Shown: one piece after another, positions 40,283 through 53,183 of the stretch
Position numbering within the stretch: position 1 is the stretch's first letter
Layout of the letters: each line of letters begins with the position of its first letter
Translations under genes and position numbers: made by a program
The notes under the pieces: generated by a model
Seen by the model: only the letters and a program-made list of their open reading frames with translations
The model's database searches: none
Told to the model about the DNA's origin: nothing
From: Squalus acanthias
Lineage: Eukaryota
Length of the DNA: 64,000 nucleotides
Direction: 5' to 3'
Assembly: GCA_030390025.1 (NCBI GenBank)
Contig: CM059431.1
Coordinates: 125,180,001-125,244,000, forward strand

Positions 40283-41313
40283 TTATTTTTTGCTGAAATC
40301 ATCAAACTTAAAATTGGACAGAAAAGTGGAACAAAAAAGGGTTGATTTTTTCTTTGAAAGCTTGCAACTCAGTCATTAGGACAGAACAAGAGATGAAAGA
40401 AGGGATTCTAGAGGTTATGAGAAACAGCCTTAGGAAGGGACCAAAAGGTATAGCTGCTGGAGGGGTAAGATGATCGCAGTTGACATTTGTCAATAAAGGT
40501 AAATTTAGCATCTCTTTCTTTTGGACACTACCCTGTAATCACGGCCGGAATTTTTCGGGGGGTCAGGGGAGGCGTTTGGTGGCGGGTCAGCTGGGAAAAC
40601 CTTTTTTTTTGACAGTGGGTAGGGAACTCGATGTCTACCCGCCTCCACGTTAGTCTCCCAGACGACCTGACACCAAGCGGCGGGGGAGGCAACTTAGATC
40701 ATTAGCTGGATTGTTAAGAGGCAATTAAGTAGTATTTTAGTATTTTAAGATTACCTTTAGATATTTAGAGTTCACCAACAGCTTACCTGCTGCTCGGAGG
40801 TCGGGTGTTGTGACAGCATGTGATGATTTCTAAACATGACAGCTGAAAATGGTCTATAAAAGCTCCCATTTCATAGGTCTTCACTTTGCGAGGTTAGAAG
40901 CTGTTGCTTACTGCATTTGGAAGACAGATTGAGCTTTATGGAACTTGCAAATTTTTGGACAAAACTCACTATCCAGTGTCACATCATTGGAACGAAGTCT
41001 CTCACCACTGACAGATTGCTTCTGTCATCTCAACCTCATCTGCCATCTATTCCATCAGCATTGTTGCCCTTGAAAAAATCTCACCTTGGTCCTCAGAATC
41101 CCACCATGATCAGCCCTAACATCAGCAACACTAGGCACAGCAGCAGCACCAACAACAATACCAACCTTCTCCGCAATCAGCTGGTGCGGCACAGGACACG
41201 GCATCAGCACCCGATCACATTGCCTCACCAGGGCTACATTTACTTCACTTGATGCTATACACCCTGGCTGCCACATGATGCGCCAGTTTGGCACCACCCC
41301 ACACCAACACCAT

Positions 41314-42785
41314 TGTAAGATTCTCAAAATTCACAGATCCCCCTGACTCTAAGAAAAACCCTAAGAAAAAAGACTTTGGACTCTTTTCTAGCTATTACAG
41401 GGTGGTGAAGTGCATTGGGCCTGACCGAAGGACATTTTAGAGCAAAAACCAAGATTTGGTATTTTAAAACATGTCTGGACTTGTAAGGGAGAAAAGGCTG
41501 TAAAGGGAGGTGGGACAAGCCTCTGTAAAAACAATTTGGGTATTGGAGCTAATGGAAACTGTCTGGGGAAACGCATGACCTCGCTGGGAGTTTAAATTGG
41601 CCCCTATTGGACATTAACATCCTAACAATACACCCGAGGAAAACCAGTCTCTACCCCAATTTACAGAGCCCATTAAAGACATGCATAAAACAGATTACTT
41701 CGGCCTACTCTATAGAAATCCTAGGCTCAGTCAAGAAACCCAAAACTTGAGGACAATCAACTATGATTAAGTGGCAAATCGACAGGATGGGGCCATCCGG
41801 AACCACTTCACACCTTCACAAGTTAACGTTAACGAGCCCGCCAAAATCTAACAAAGACCGGGATCTAATTTGGCGCGCAGATAAGGGAGCTTCAATGGGT
41901 ATAATTGAAGGCCCATTCTCAACCTGAAAAAGAAGAAGAGGAAGGAAGAACAAGAAGACATCGACGGAGGCACTCTCCGCAACACAGTTCTAAAACACCA
42001 CCGTTCAGCGTTCCGCGTCCAGCCAGGAGGTCGACAGCTCGAAGGTCAGACCATCCAACAAAGTAGGCCGACACGTGAAGAAACCAGAATGACCGCCTCG
42101 GTGACCATCAGACACCTCGCGGCAACAAGGCCCTCACGAAACAACCAACCAAACACCAAGTACCAATATTTGGGCCACCGTGAACAAAGAAAACCAACTC
42201 GAAGAAAAACCGAAGACCCGCAAAGTTTCCACTTTACAATCTACTCCTGACTTACCCCTGGGTAAGATTTTCCCTTAAAAAACTCTAAACCCTACTTCTA
42301 AACCAAAGAAAAGTGGGTATTCACCTGATAAATCCAATACGCACCCTACGGCATCAGCGGACTCGTGAAGACTGACCAGATACGCAGTTGAAGTCCTCTA
42401 CCGCGTACGGGGTACGGCAGACACCAACCAACATATAGAGCGAACCCCAAAACCGCGAACTAACCCAACTGTCAAGGATTCTGGTGAGTATCATCCCTGG
42501 TCCTCTGGAGTCCAACCTAGCTAGTGAAGTGGGATTGGGAGGGGTGAAGTATTCTTCTAATGTTATTTCCCTCGCTTGTACTGAAGTGTTCCCCACTTTT
42601 AGAGTGTTAAGAGTGTTTGTGTTGTGTTTTTACTTTCTTGAATAAAAATCAAAGTTCTTGCATCAAAACCAGTTGTCTGCTGCACTTTTTGTCACAACCC
42701 CCAAATAAGTCCAAGGTCTAGAACCAAGGGGGTGGGAGCGATTCGAACCGCTCAGAAGTCAGAGGTGAAGCCACCACCCCCTACA
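41314..42785 (+). mobile_element. Solo LTR (1472 bp)
   Basis: TGTA...TACA ends; CCAT 4-bp TSD; TATA-like ~41900; AATAAA 42641; host sequence uninterrupted in the paralogous copy near 29760. Confidence 0.85.
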
Positions 42786-42997
42786 CCATAAATCATCTCT
42801 ACAATGCCCAAGCCATTCCTTTCACACTCATCACCATTGCGGGGGGTACCGTTACGTCTTACCATTCACTGCAATTCACTAAGCCACTGCCAGAGGTGCA
42901 CACAAATATGTCCAAGAACACAAAGTGTTGAAAATAAAGATTTCAATGTTTGACAGCATATTAACAAAAACCTCACATGAAAATTGGTTAAAACACC

Positions 42998-44638
42998 TGT
43001 AGAATTCGCAATATATCGCGATTTTTATTAATAAGGAGAAAACACAGAGTTTCGTTCAAACAGCTTTTATTTCAGCAGAATGCTGTCAGGTTTCTCAAAG
43101 TGGACACAAGCAGCCTGTAAAATGGCCGCCGCACCTCGTGACAGAACATTCTAGACTTTTCGACAGGCAGACAAGATGGCGTTCCAATAAACATTTGTGC
43201 AAGATCGATTAAGATTCAGCACAGTGAAGATAATACACGAGACATTATGGGTTTGCAGTATACACATAAATACTGAAATCGGTCTCCCAGGTACGAATGA
43301 AAGCTATTGTACCGAGTAATCAAGGGCCCATCCAAAAGACATTAATATGTAAAATCCCAACGACTCTACGATGAGAGAGCCGTTAGCGGGTAGTTATACA
43401 AAACACTTGGAAGCCCCAAAACCCCTCCAGGGAGAACACCGACCGATTTAACAATGGGAGAAATATTAACAGGTACTCAGACAGTTACGAGTAGCCCCGA
43501 AACCCATTAAGAACGGAGATCACCCATACAAGACATTTGAGCGCCAGACCCAAACAAAAGAAAGGACATTAAGGTTGGGCGGGAAACGGAAGATTTTGTA
43601 CTATAATTACAAGCTCCAACCGTCCATCTTTCTCTTATTCTCTTATCCGATCGACTCGTAACCTCGTGGCTGCTCCTGTGTTTTGACTCGTAGTCTTGTT
43701 CCTGCTTGCCTGGTGCCTCTTTGAAAAAGACTGTTGAACTTTCTGATCCGTTCGGATCTACCTCGTGTCGCGTAACGAAGACCTATGTTGGTAACCGGCA
43801 TCGGAACCAAAGGCCCGAGATGAGATGAGATGAGATGAGATGAGATGAGAAGAGAGGAAGACCATACTCATCGCCACGGTCAGTAAATCCCGACCGCGCC
43901 TGTAGGTCGAATAGCCAAGTTTTCCTTGCCAGGAAGACTTCTTTGAACTTGCAAGAACGGATCATCACCGATGATATTGACTGGTCTGGATTCGGAAAGT
44001 ACCTGTTAAACCAACCAACACAGATCTTCATCACAGCAGACGGTCCAGCCTGCTAGCCGGAGCAGAAGCAAGTAAACAAGTGGGACCAGGAGATCTCCTG
44101 ACCGACACGTGGGTGCTGCGGTGAAAAACATCCGATCAGCTATTCGGAATTTCTCCGAGTTATCACGAGTGGTGAGCATGAGTCTCGAAATCCTACGAAT
44201 CTAGCTAGGACAGATATTGATAGGGGAGGGTTTAAGTATTAAGGATACTTGTAATGTGTGCCCCTATTTACGGTGTGTCGTTCGTTCCTCGTTTCCCTAG
44301 GATCAGCTATATAACTGCTTGTAAGATTGTACTGTCATTAATCTGTGCTTATGACATGTATTTCGTAATCTTAAATATCATGCAATAAAGATTTTCCATT
44401 TCGTACCATTCAACCGAGTCTACATGAGTTTCATCTCCATTACTGCTCTCGCATCTAAGTCCAGTGACTAGAACCGTAAGGGCGAGTGATTCGAACCACT
44501 CACAGGTGTGTCTAGTGCTCCCAGACTGGCTGGAGACCAGAACAGGCAACAAGGCCTAAACCTGCACTGACATACAGGCTGCACAGAGCCGTGTGAATCC
44601 CACAGGCTGCGAGACACGCAGGGTCAGAATCCCTTACA
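42998..44638 (+). mobile_element. Solo LTR (1641 bp), related to 41314-42785
   Basis: TGTA...TACA ends; CACC 4-bp TSD; TATA-like 43602; AATAAA 44384; internal (GAGAT)n. Confidence 0.85.
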
Positions 44639-47600
44639 CACCCAAGAGCCTACCCTTGTGTGTTGCTAGTTGAGATGATTGGACTAGGATGAGGGTGAGT
44701 GTGAGGGGTGGCTAGTAAGATGGGGAAGTGATAATGTAGATAGAGAGGGATGGGTGGAGGTGCAAGATAAGTTGGTGTGAGTAAGGCTGTGCAGGAGTAG
44801 GGTAGGGAAGGCAGTGTGATGGGGATGTGATGAGAGGCACAGCAGGATGAGGTTGAGTGTGGCTTTACAGTAACGTTTTGTGATCTACTGAGATCATTGA
44901 AAGGTTTGCGCCACTACAGCCTAGTCCTCCTGACCACATCCCTACTTGTGTCCTCCTGTGCCATGTGCAACCAGACTGCGTTGATCTCCTGGGGAGGTCT
45001 CTTCCGCCCATGGGAAGGGAAGAGAACCTCCCTGCGTGCTGTGACTCCCTCCATAAGCATATGGAGGGAGTCATGGGAGAGCCTGGGTGCAGCCATGCAC
45101 CTCTGTGCAGTGCTAGTCAGTGTTTGCAGCATCTCAATGCTGTAGAACACTGACAGCAGAATTGTCAAAATCAATTTGCGCATGGTCCCTTTAAGGAAAC
45201 CGGATGATGACCCGTCATCAAGTGACGACGTCATCAGACCCGCTTCCTTCAATTGGCCGGCAAACGTGCTGGGCGGGCTTAACAAACCCAATCAGAGTAA
45301 AATTCTTTTCACAGAGCCGGATGGAGCCAGCAGCGGGGTCGCACCCCGCCACCGACCCCGGTCACCCTGGACCCGCCTCTGTAGGTGAAATCGCGGCCCA
45401 CATTTCAAAGTGTCATGCGATAAACATGATAGTCTCAAAAGCCATTCTTTGTTAAGTTGGTTGTGCTGATTGGCTCATATTTAGACAGTGATTAAATGTA
45501 ATCAAAAACAGATCTGTTTACAAGACAGATAGCAAAAGCTACCAATCAGCAACAAGTAACCAGCACAAAACTAAGCAATGAACTCCCTCTTTGTTTCAAA
45601 GCTACCATCCATGAACCAACATGTACTATGGAACCAACTAATGAAATCACTCAAAATATTGGCCCGAAAAATTCATCAAGTGTTCCATCTCAGTATAGGT
45701 GCAAAGATATGGCACCCCCGAGCCTCTGCCACGCACCACGTCAAAGTTTGAGGGTACCTTAATTTTAATAATTTAAAAAACGCAGATCTGGAGGCCAAAT
45801 CTTTGGGTGTCCAGGCCACAATTCTGGTCCCTACATCCACCCCTTGATATTCCACTATACCTGGTCCCAATGAAGGCTCAGGACACAGGACCTCCAATGT
45901 TCAAAGTACCCTACTCAACCCTGGCTCCTTCTTATGGTGAGAACCTTGTAAAGGATAGGCAAAGGATTGATTGCTCTTGAAAAGTTTACTGATTGCTCAG
46001 GACTCGGTCTAGTTCCCAGACGTTCTGATGTACTCCTGCCACGATAATGGTAGGAGTTTTCTGGAAAAGCCATTGATTGTTGTGGCTCTTATTCCAATGT
46101 GTTGCCTTTTAAGCCAGTATGCCTCAATAAATTTAAAATTAAATTTCTAACACAATAAGCAAAAAATCATTCTCAAATAATTTGCTAAGCTTAGCCTATC
46201 TATTTTTTCCAGAAATCAACGTTCCATGATAATGTCCTTCCCCTTTCACCATGGTACAGAGCTGGAATTCTAATAATTTACCAGTACTGTTTACCTGGAA
46301 TTTCCCACTTTATTACTTTACTTTATTTCTTGGGCTCTGAGTATGCTTCACGTCCATTTGCAGCCTGTGACAACTAGGAACTTGTCATTTTTATATCTAA
46401 CAAAATGTTATTGCTCGTGAAATCCCACTCTTGACTACTGCAAGATAAAAAGTATGTTAGAAGTTTGTTCGCCAACTTTATTTGTCAAATCTACACTGAC
46501 CAAGTAAATAAATGAAGTCTGGCTGTACTGTCGTAAAGTGGAGTAGCAGGTAGTGTTTAGACTACTAATGGTCATTGTTTTGTCTTGCAGTAGATGGTGT
46601 TTTGCTTATAAATATGGGTCCTGCGTGGGGTATTTTGGAAAATTCTGAGTAATAATTGTAATGGAAATTTCTTAAAACTTGGTCTGTAAATCTTGTGAAT
46701 TTTATTGATATTATTGTTCGTCACTTTTTAATTATTCTAAGTGGTTTCTTCTTCAACTGCTGCAATTACAATCATTTATTACCAAAGGTTGTTTTTAATC
46801 TTATCTGATGCTTTTATTAGGGAAGAGTACATTTTAAGAGAGTAGGCCACATAATTAATAAAATTTCCCCTCATCCTTACAGTACTAACTAATGCAAGAA
46901 CCTTGTGATTAATTACAGTTAATAGTACATGGAACCCCAGCGTCTCAAAAATGCAATCCAATTTATAACTTTCAAGGTACATGATTTATTACTACTGTAC
47001 TTACAATATACATGGCCCAACTTCTGCTCTGCCTTTTTATCTTGATTTACTGCTCAGCTGTTTAAAGAACTGGTGTGCAAGCTGATATATGTACAGTCCG
47101 GAGACTGGAGAAGGGATCAAAATTACAACAGACAGTCTCCTTGGCAAAGAAGAAAGCCTGGAGATTAAATTAGTGGAAGAAGATCTCAGCAATTATATGG
47201 AGCTGAGGGATTCGTTGGGGGGGTGGGCATAGAGGGATAAAAGTGAGGCCCGTTCTGGAGACAGATCATTCAGAATCAGAAAGGGAAAAGTCAAAAAGGA
47301 TGGTGAGAACCTAGCAAACAGGCATCTGTACAGAAGGATAGTTGAAAGTGGAGATATGGTCAGAAAAAAATGAAGGGAAAGAGGGAGGAGAAGATTTGTT
47401 TGCATGAAGGCTTTGCTTGAGGTTCGGTCTTTCCTACCTGAAAACTTCACACCCATTTGAAACCTAAGTCATAGAAATCAAAACTACGTCACCACGACCC
47501 AAATGAGATTTCACATCAGATTCCCTTTTTTGAAGCAGCAAGTCATTAATAAAATTATCAACAGATGGAAATTAATCACATGTTTTGTTGTCTATATAAT

Positions 47601-47728
47601 AATCCTGAGCTCATCATTTAGAGCAATCTATCATTATTGCTTTTTATATTTTTCAATCATTTTCAATATATTTACACTTTTTGTTAAGAAATGTGCCTAA
47701 GAGCTTTCAGTTCAAAGCATTCAAGTGA

Positions 47729-47971
47729 CAAGAAGAACTTGCATTTATATAGCGCCTTTAAAATATAAATATAAAACATTCCATGGCACTTCACAGGAGC
47801 GATTATCAAACAAAATTTGACACCGAGCCACATAAAGAGATATTAGGACAGGTGACCAAAAGCTTGGTCAAAGAGGTAGGTTTTAAGGAGCGTCTTCAAG
47901 GAAGAGAGAGAGGTAAAGAGGTGGAGAGGTTTAGGAAGGGAATTCTAGAGCTTAGGGCCTAAGCAGCTGAA
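47729..47971 (-). mobile_element. L2-like LINE 3' end
   Basis: Terminal ...aaaggcgctatataaatgcaagttcttctt shared with the SINE, but a different upstream body. Confidence 0.65.
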
Positions 47972-48470
47972 GTTGCAGAACATTAGTTATGTTTGTACAT
48001 TAATAAACGTAACTAATTGATGCAGAATACCAGTTTTCATACATACCAATTTGGGGGGGGGGGGCGGTCATGCATTGCTCTGTGTGGAATTTTGGGAAAC
48101 TCAGTTATGAATGACATTGCAGTACAGAGAGCTCAACTTTGTTCCTCTTGTGTTCTCGGAAAAAAAAAGAGTGGAAATCTTCAGTGTAAAAAATTAACTA
48201 CAAATGAGATGTTCCATTGAGAAAGCAACTTGCAGCATTTATGACTAAACAAATTTGAATTAAAAATTTGTAAAGCCCACTTTTTGAACTCTGACCAAAC
48301 CCAAGCTTGGCAGTTAGATTAGCTTAACTCCAGGGAATTTGCTGCAAAAATCACCTCAACGCCGAAGAAGATGATCCCTAACTGTACAGACATGTGATCA
48401 CATGGTAGTGACTGAGCAGAATATCAATGGAAGTTGGTCACAAGTGTTTCATTTGGTACTGTATAACCAC

Positions 48471-49001
48471 CTTCTTCTTAGGCAGTCGCTCGGAACCGAG
48501 GATGACTTGCTTCCACATTAAAAATGAGTTCTCAGGTGACTGATGAGTCCAATGCGGGACCTACAGTCTCTGTCACAGGTGGGGCAGACGGTGGTTGAAG
48601 GGGCGGGTGGGTGGGGTGCTTGGGTTGACGTGCGCTCCTTGCGCTGCCTGCGCTTGGCTTCCGCTTGCTCCCGGTGAAGAGACTCGAGGTGTCGGCGCCT
48701 TCCCGGATGCTTCTCCTCCACTTTGTGCGGTCTTGGGTCAGGGATTCCCAGGTGTCGGGGATGTTACACTTTTTCAAGGAGGCTTTGATGGTGTCCTTGA
48801 AGCGTTTCCTCTGCCCACCTGGGGCTCTCTTGCCGTGCCGGAGCTCCGAGTAGAGCGCTTGTTTCGGGAGACTCGTATCGGGCATGCGGACAATGTGACC
48901 CGTCCATCGGAGCTGATCGAGCGTGGTCAAAGCTTCGGTGCTGGGGATGTTGGCCTGAGTGAGAACACTGACGTTGGTGCGCCTATCCTGCCAATGGATC
49001 T
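48471..49001 (-). mobile_element. RTE LINE 3' fragment
   Basis: Highly similar to 12375-12905; CPTCDRDCRSRIGLISHLRTH. Confidence 0.9.
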
Positions 49002-49790
49002 AAGAGAAGAAGATAACCACCAGAGTGAAATTCTGGCTCATAAAAATAACTAGATCAGTTATCCTTAATTTCACCCCTCTTTTTAAACATATAGCTAATT
49101 GCACAAAAGAGATTTCTGAAATCAGATATTAATAAAATTAATGAAATATTCCTTGCAATATTGTTCAGTTCCTCTTTAACAATGAAAATATCATTGTAAT
49201 CTGAGCAATTGATGTGAAAAGGTCTCTCAACACCTCATTCATTAGCTTTTGAAAGGTGGCTGCTCTGTTCTTCAGCCAGAAGGGCTGACAGAAAATTAGT
49301 ACAACCCGTTGTGGGTAACAAATGTCCTTTTTAGCCTATCTTCCAAACTCCGGCTTAGTATATACTCAAGGTTAGAAGTATCATTCCCACTGCTTTGATA
49401 AATTAAAGAATACATTATAGTTCAACCATTTGCTGCTGTTTAAATTTCTGCCAGCTAGTTGACCTTGAAAAGTAATGTACCATGTATTGTCACACTAATC
49501 CTAATCAATTGCATATTGTCCCATATAAAAGCAATTATAAATTAACTACTTCAAAAATTACAATTACTTACTTCAGTAGCTGTATACCAAATGGTCAACT
49601 GGAAATACAGGACATTTAAGGAATTAATCTGTTAAATAATCAACCCTTGTGGATAAACAGATAAGGTTATATTTATGGCATGTGAACACTTTAACAGTTT
49701 ATAGGTATGAATACATGTTCAAGGCTTCCTCCTCTTGCTGCTGTGTATACACCCGAGAAGGTTCCATTAAAGTCCTGATTCAGAATTTTC

Positions 49791-50206
49791 AAGAAAGAAA
49801 GAACTTGCATTTATAGAGCGCCTTTCACGACCTCCGGATGTCCAAAAGCACTTTATAGCTATGAAGTACTTTTGAAGTGTAGTCTCTGTTGTATTGTAGG
49901 AAACGTGGCAGCCACTATGACCACAGCAAGGTTTCACAAACAGCAATGAGTTTATCTGTTTTAGTGATGTTGGTTGAGGGATAAAATATTGATCAGGACA
50001 CTGGTGAGAACTCCCTTGTTCTTCTTCGAAATAGCACCATGGGATATTTTACATTCAGCTGAGAGAGCAGAAAAGGCCTCAGTTTAACGTCTCATCCAAT
50101 AACAGGAACGTCAGCCTATTTCATGTTCTCAAGTCTCTGCAGTGGGACTTGAATCCACAACCATCTGATTCAGCAGTGAGAGTGCTACTCTTGAGCCCCG
50201 GCTGAC
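49791..50206 (-). mobile_element. tRNA-derived DeuSINE (SacSINE1/AmnSINE-like)
   Basis: tRNA-like head with A/B boxes (ggctcaagagtagc...ggattcaagtcc); Deu-domain-like ggatgagacgttaaactgagg...atcccatgg; L2-type tail. Confidence 0.75.
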
Positions 50207-51336
50207 ATCAAACAGGTACAGAATGTTCAGCTGCTAATTCCCTTATACGTATTCCTACTGATAGTGAACAGTCGAACATTAGCTAGAAAACAGAGCATAA
50301 TTCTAAGGGGGTGCAAAACAATGAATGTTAAGTTAATTTCAAAAGAACATATGTAATAAAAGTTAATTGAGAACCTGTGAGTCAAGGGCTTCCCTGCTGA
50401 CTCAATGGACTGGATTTTCCACATAAAATGCAGACTGCTTTGTGTTGGTAATTTAAGGGAAATGGGGCAGTGAGGCATTCCACTGAAATTATGCCTCTCA
50501 GGAATCACCATTAAGTTGCTCCACCTGAACAAAGTCTGCACCATCACATGTAAATGACATGACTGCACCCCCAACATTTTGCTCAGTTACCACCCACAAG
50601 AAACAGAAACAACGCTGTTACATAACTGCAATTAAGAAGAGCTGAATGATTTCCCAGAGGTGGTACAGATGATGGAGGCATATTTATTGGAGAAGTCTGT
50701 TCTGAATTCCAACTCTCTCAGACCGGTGGGACAGCAATTTTTGGAGTTTATTAACCCTGCAGAACTGCAAACTTCTGCAAGATATAGTGAGAGCAATAAG
50801 GATAAGTAACTTGGGGGGAGGGAAGTAATTCCCTCTGGGGATATCTCTAGTTCCTTGTTTCAAAGAAGATGAGGATGAGCATATGGAAGAGGAAAGGAGA
50901 GAGGAAATAAGAGTATGGCTCACTGATGCCAGTTGAATCATACAGAATATACTGACGTCATCAGTCTTACCTAGTTTTCTCAGCTCATCAATGCATTAGA
51001 AGGTTATGTTTCTAGATGGAGGCTACTGAGGGATTATGGCAGCTTCTGGCTGAAGACTTGCAGCCCACATCCACAAGGAACACAGCATTAATTGTGGCGG
51101 TAAAAAGTAAGCATAGTATTGATTTTTTTTGTGAATGAATGCTTCCAGGAAACTTCAGGTGACCTATTAGTTAAGAAGCAGTGCACCACTACATAAATAA
51201 GGCCACCAATGCTCACTTTAGGCGAGCTTCTCAATTAATAAATTTCCCTATGGTACCAGCAAAACAAAGTGATCGAGCTGTCTGATTTTACAGACTAACT
51301 GGGTTCCCACAGGTGCAGGGTCCAATTAATAGTTTG

Positions 51337-52326
51337 TATTTATTCACTCACGGGATGTGGACCTCGCTGGCAAGGCCAGTATTTATTGCCCATCCCGAAT
51401 TGACCTTGAGAAGGTGGTGGTGAGCCACCTTCCTGAAACTGCTTCAGTCCGTGTGGTGAAGGTACTCCCATAGTGCTGTTAGGGAGGGAGTTCCAGAATT
51501 TTGACCCAGAGAGGATGAAGGATCGGCAATATATTTCCAAGTCAGGATGGTGTGTGACTTGGAGGGGAGCTTGGAGGTGGTGGTGTTCCCATACGTCTGC
51601 TGCCCTTGTCCTTCTAGGTGGAAGAGGTCGCGGGTTTGGGAGGTGCTATTGAAGAAGCCTTGGCGAGTTGCTGCAGTGCATCTTGTAGATGGTACACACT
51701 GCAGCCCCATGGCACGCCAATGGAGGGAGTGAATATTTAAGGTGGTGGATGGGGTGCCAATCAATCTTTGTCCTGGATGGTGTCGAGCTTCTTGAGTGTT
51801 GTTGGATCTGCACTCATCCAGGCAAGTGTAGAGTATTTCATCACACTCCTGACTTATGCCTTGTAGATGGAGAAAAGGCTCTGGGGAGTCAGGAGGTGAG
51901 ACACTCTTCGCAGAATACCTAGCCTCTCACCTGCTGTTGTAGCCACAGTATTTATGTGGCTGGTCCAGCTCAGTTTCTTGTCAATGGTGACCCCCAGGAT
52001 GTTGATGGTAGGGGTTTCAGCGATGGTAATGCCACTGCATGTCAAGGGCAGGTGGTTAGATGCTCGCTTGTTGGAGATGGTCATTGCCTGGCACGTGTGT
52101 GGCACAAATGTTACTTGCCACTTATCAGCCCAAGCCTGGATGTTGTCCAGGTATTGCTGCATGCGGGCAGGGACCTCTTCATTATCTGAGGAATTGTGAA
52201 TGGAATTGAACACTATACAATCATCAGCGAACATCCCCACTTCTGACCTTATGATGGAGGGAAGGTCATTGATAAAGCAGCTGAAGATGGTTGGGTCTAG
52301 AACACTGCCCAGAGGAACTCCTGCAG
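51337..52326 (-). mobile_element. CR1/L2-group LINE 3' fragment
   Basis: GMFADDC..NIQAWADKWQVTF; same 3' end as 7283. Confidence 0.9.
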
Positions 52327-52513
52327 TTGCATCACCACATGGACAGCCCTCTACATCAAACAGCTCAATTTCATTAAGTGTAATGACTTTAATTCGATAA
52401 ATGTCTAGCTAGAGTGTCATGGCTGATGACTCCTATAAAGCATCTGTACTCAAAGATATAATAAGACCCATGGAGCAACCCGAATTGTAATACAGCCAAC
52501 CATTGGAATACCA

Positions 52514-53183
52514 GGGGGAGAAATTCGGTGGTGCCCCCTTTGGGACACTAACGTCGCCGGGGTGCTACTTTTAGCACCGCAATAAAGTTAGCGCCCCTGC
52601 ACCATAAATTCAGGGGTAGCGTCCCTCTTTCTTGGGGTGCTACCAGTGAATTTCGCGGTGCTATGTGCAACAGCGCCACCTGTGTCGGCATGTAGCGGCG
52701 CGTCATTGCAGGCCTCCCTCCCCTAATTAAAGGGGAGGGGCCTAGTGCTGCGTGCACCAGGGCCCTGCTGGACCACCGGGGAGCGGGGTGCCGGGAAAAC
52801 AGCCGGGCTAAGCGATCGCGGCCAGCACCCCGAAGGAAAAAGAGGAAGGGGGGCAGGTGCTGGCATTTGGCCCAAAAAAAAGGCCGCCCAACACTCCTGC
52901 CCTTTAGTTTGCGCTGCCACGGCTGCAAAACCGCCACCTGTTGGACATATCGTCCGGCGATAGGTCAAGGGGCGCAACCAAAGTTTGCTGCTGGGGCGTG
53001 AGCAGGGCGCTATGCACGGCAATGACGTCATCGCCAGCGACGCAGCGCTACCGGCCACCGCCGCCGCTAACCTCTCGCTGAATTTTACGGTAGGCATTAA
53101 CCCGGGCGCTAGGAGCTTTGCGGACTGTCAGCGCCCCCCAGGGGCGCTAATGGGAGGCACAAAGCAACCAAAGTTCGCCCCCC
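52514..53183. mobile_element. GC/CpG-rich MITE
   Basis: gggggagaaattcgg / ccaaagttcgccccc termini; repeated agcgcccc / ggggcgct motifs. Confidence 0.7.

Larger units (their letters stand above)
40543..45398 (-). mobile_element. Harbinger deletion derivative hosting two solo LTRs
   Basis: GGCC termini with CAC on both flanks; Myb exon 1 at ~44870-45140; colinear with 29018-30592. Confidence 0.85.

Noticed and set aside
47058..47233. Exon-like purine-rich segment after a pyrimidine tract
   Set aside because: Stops in all frames from the acceptor; no good donor
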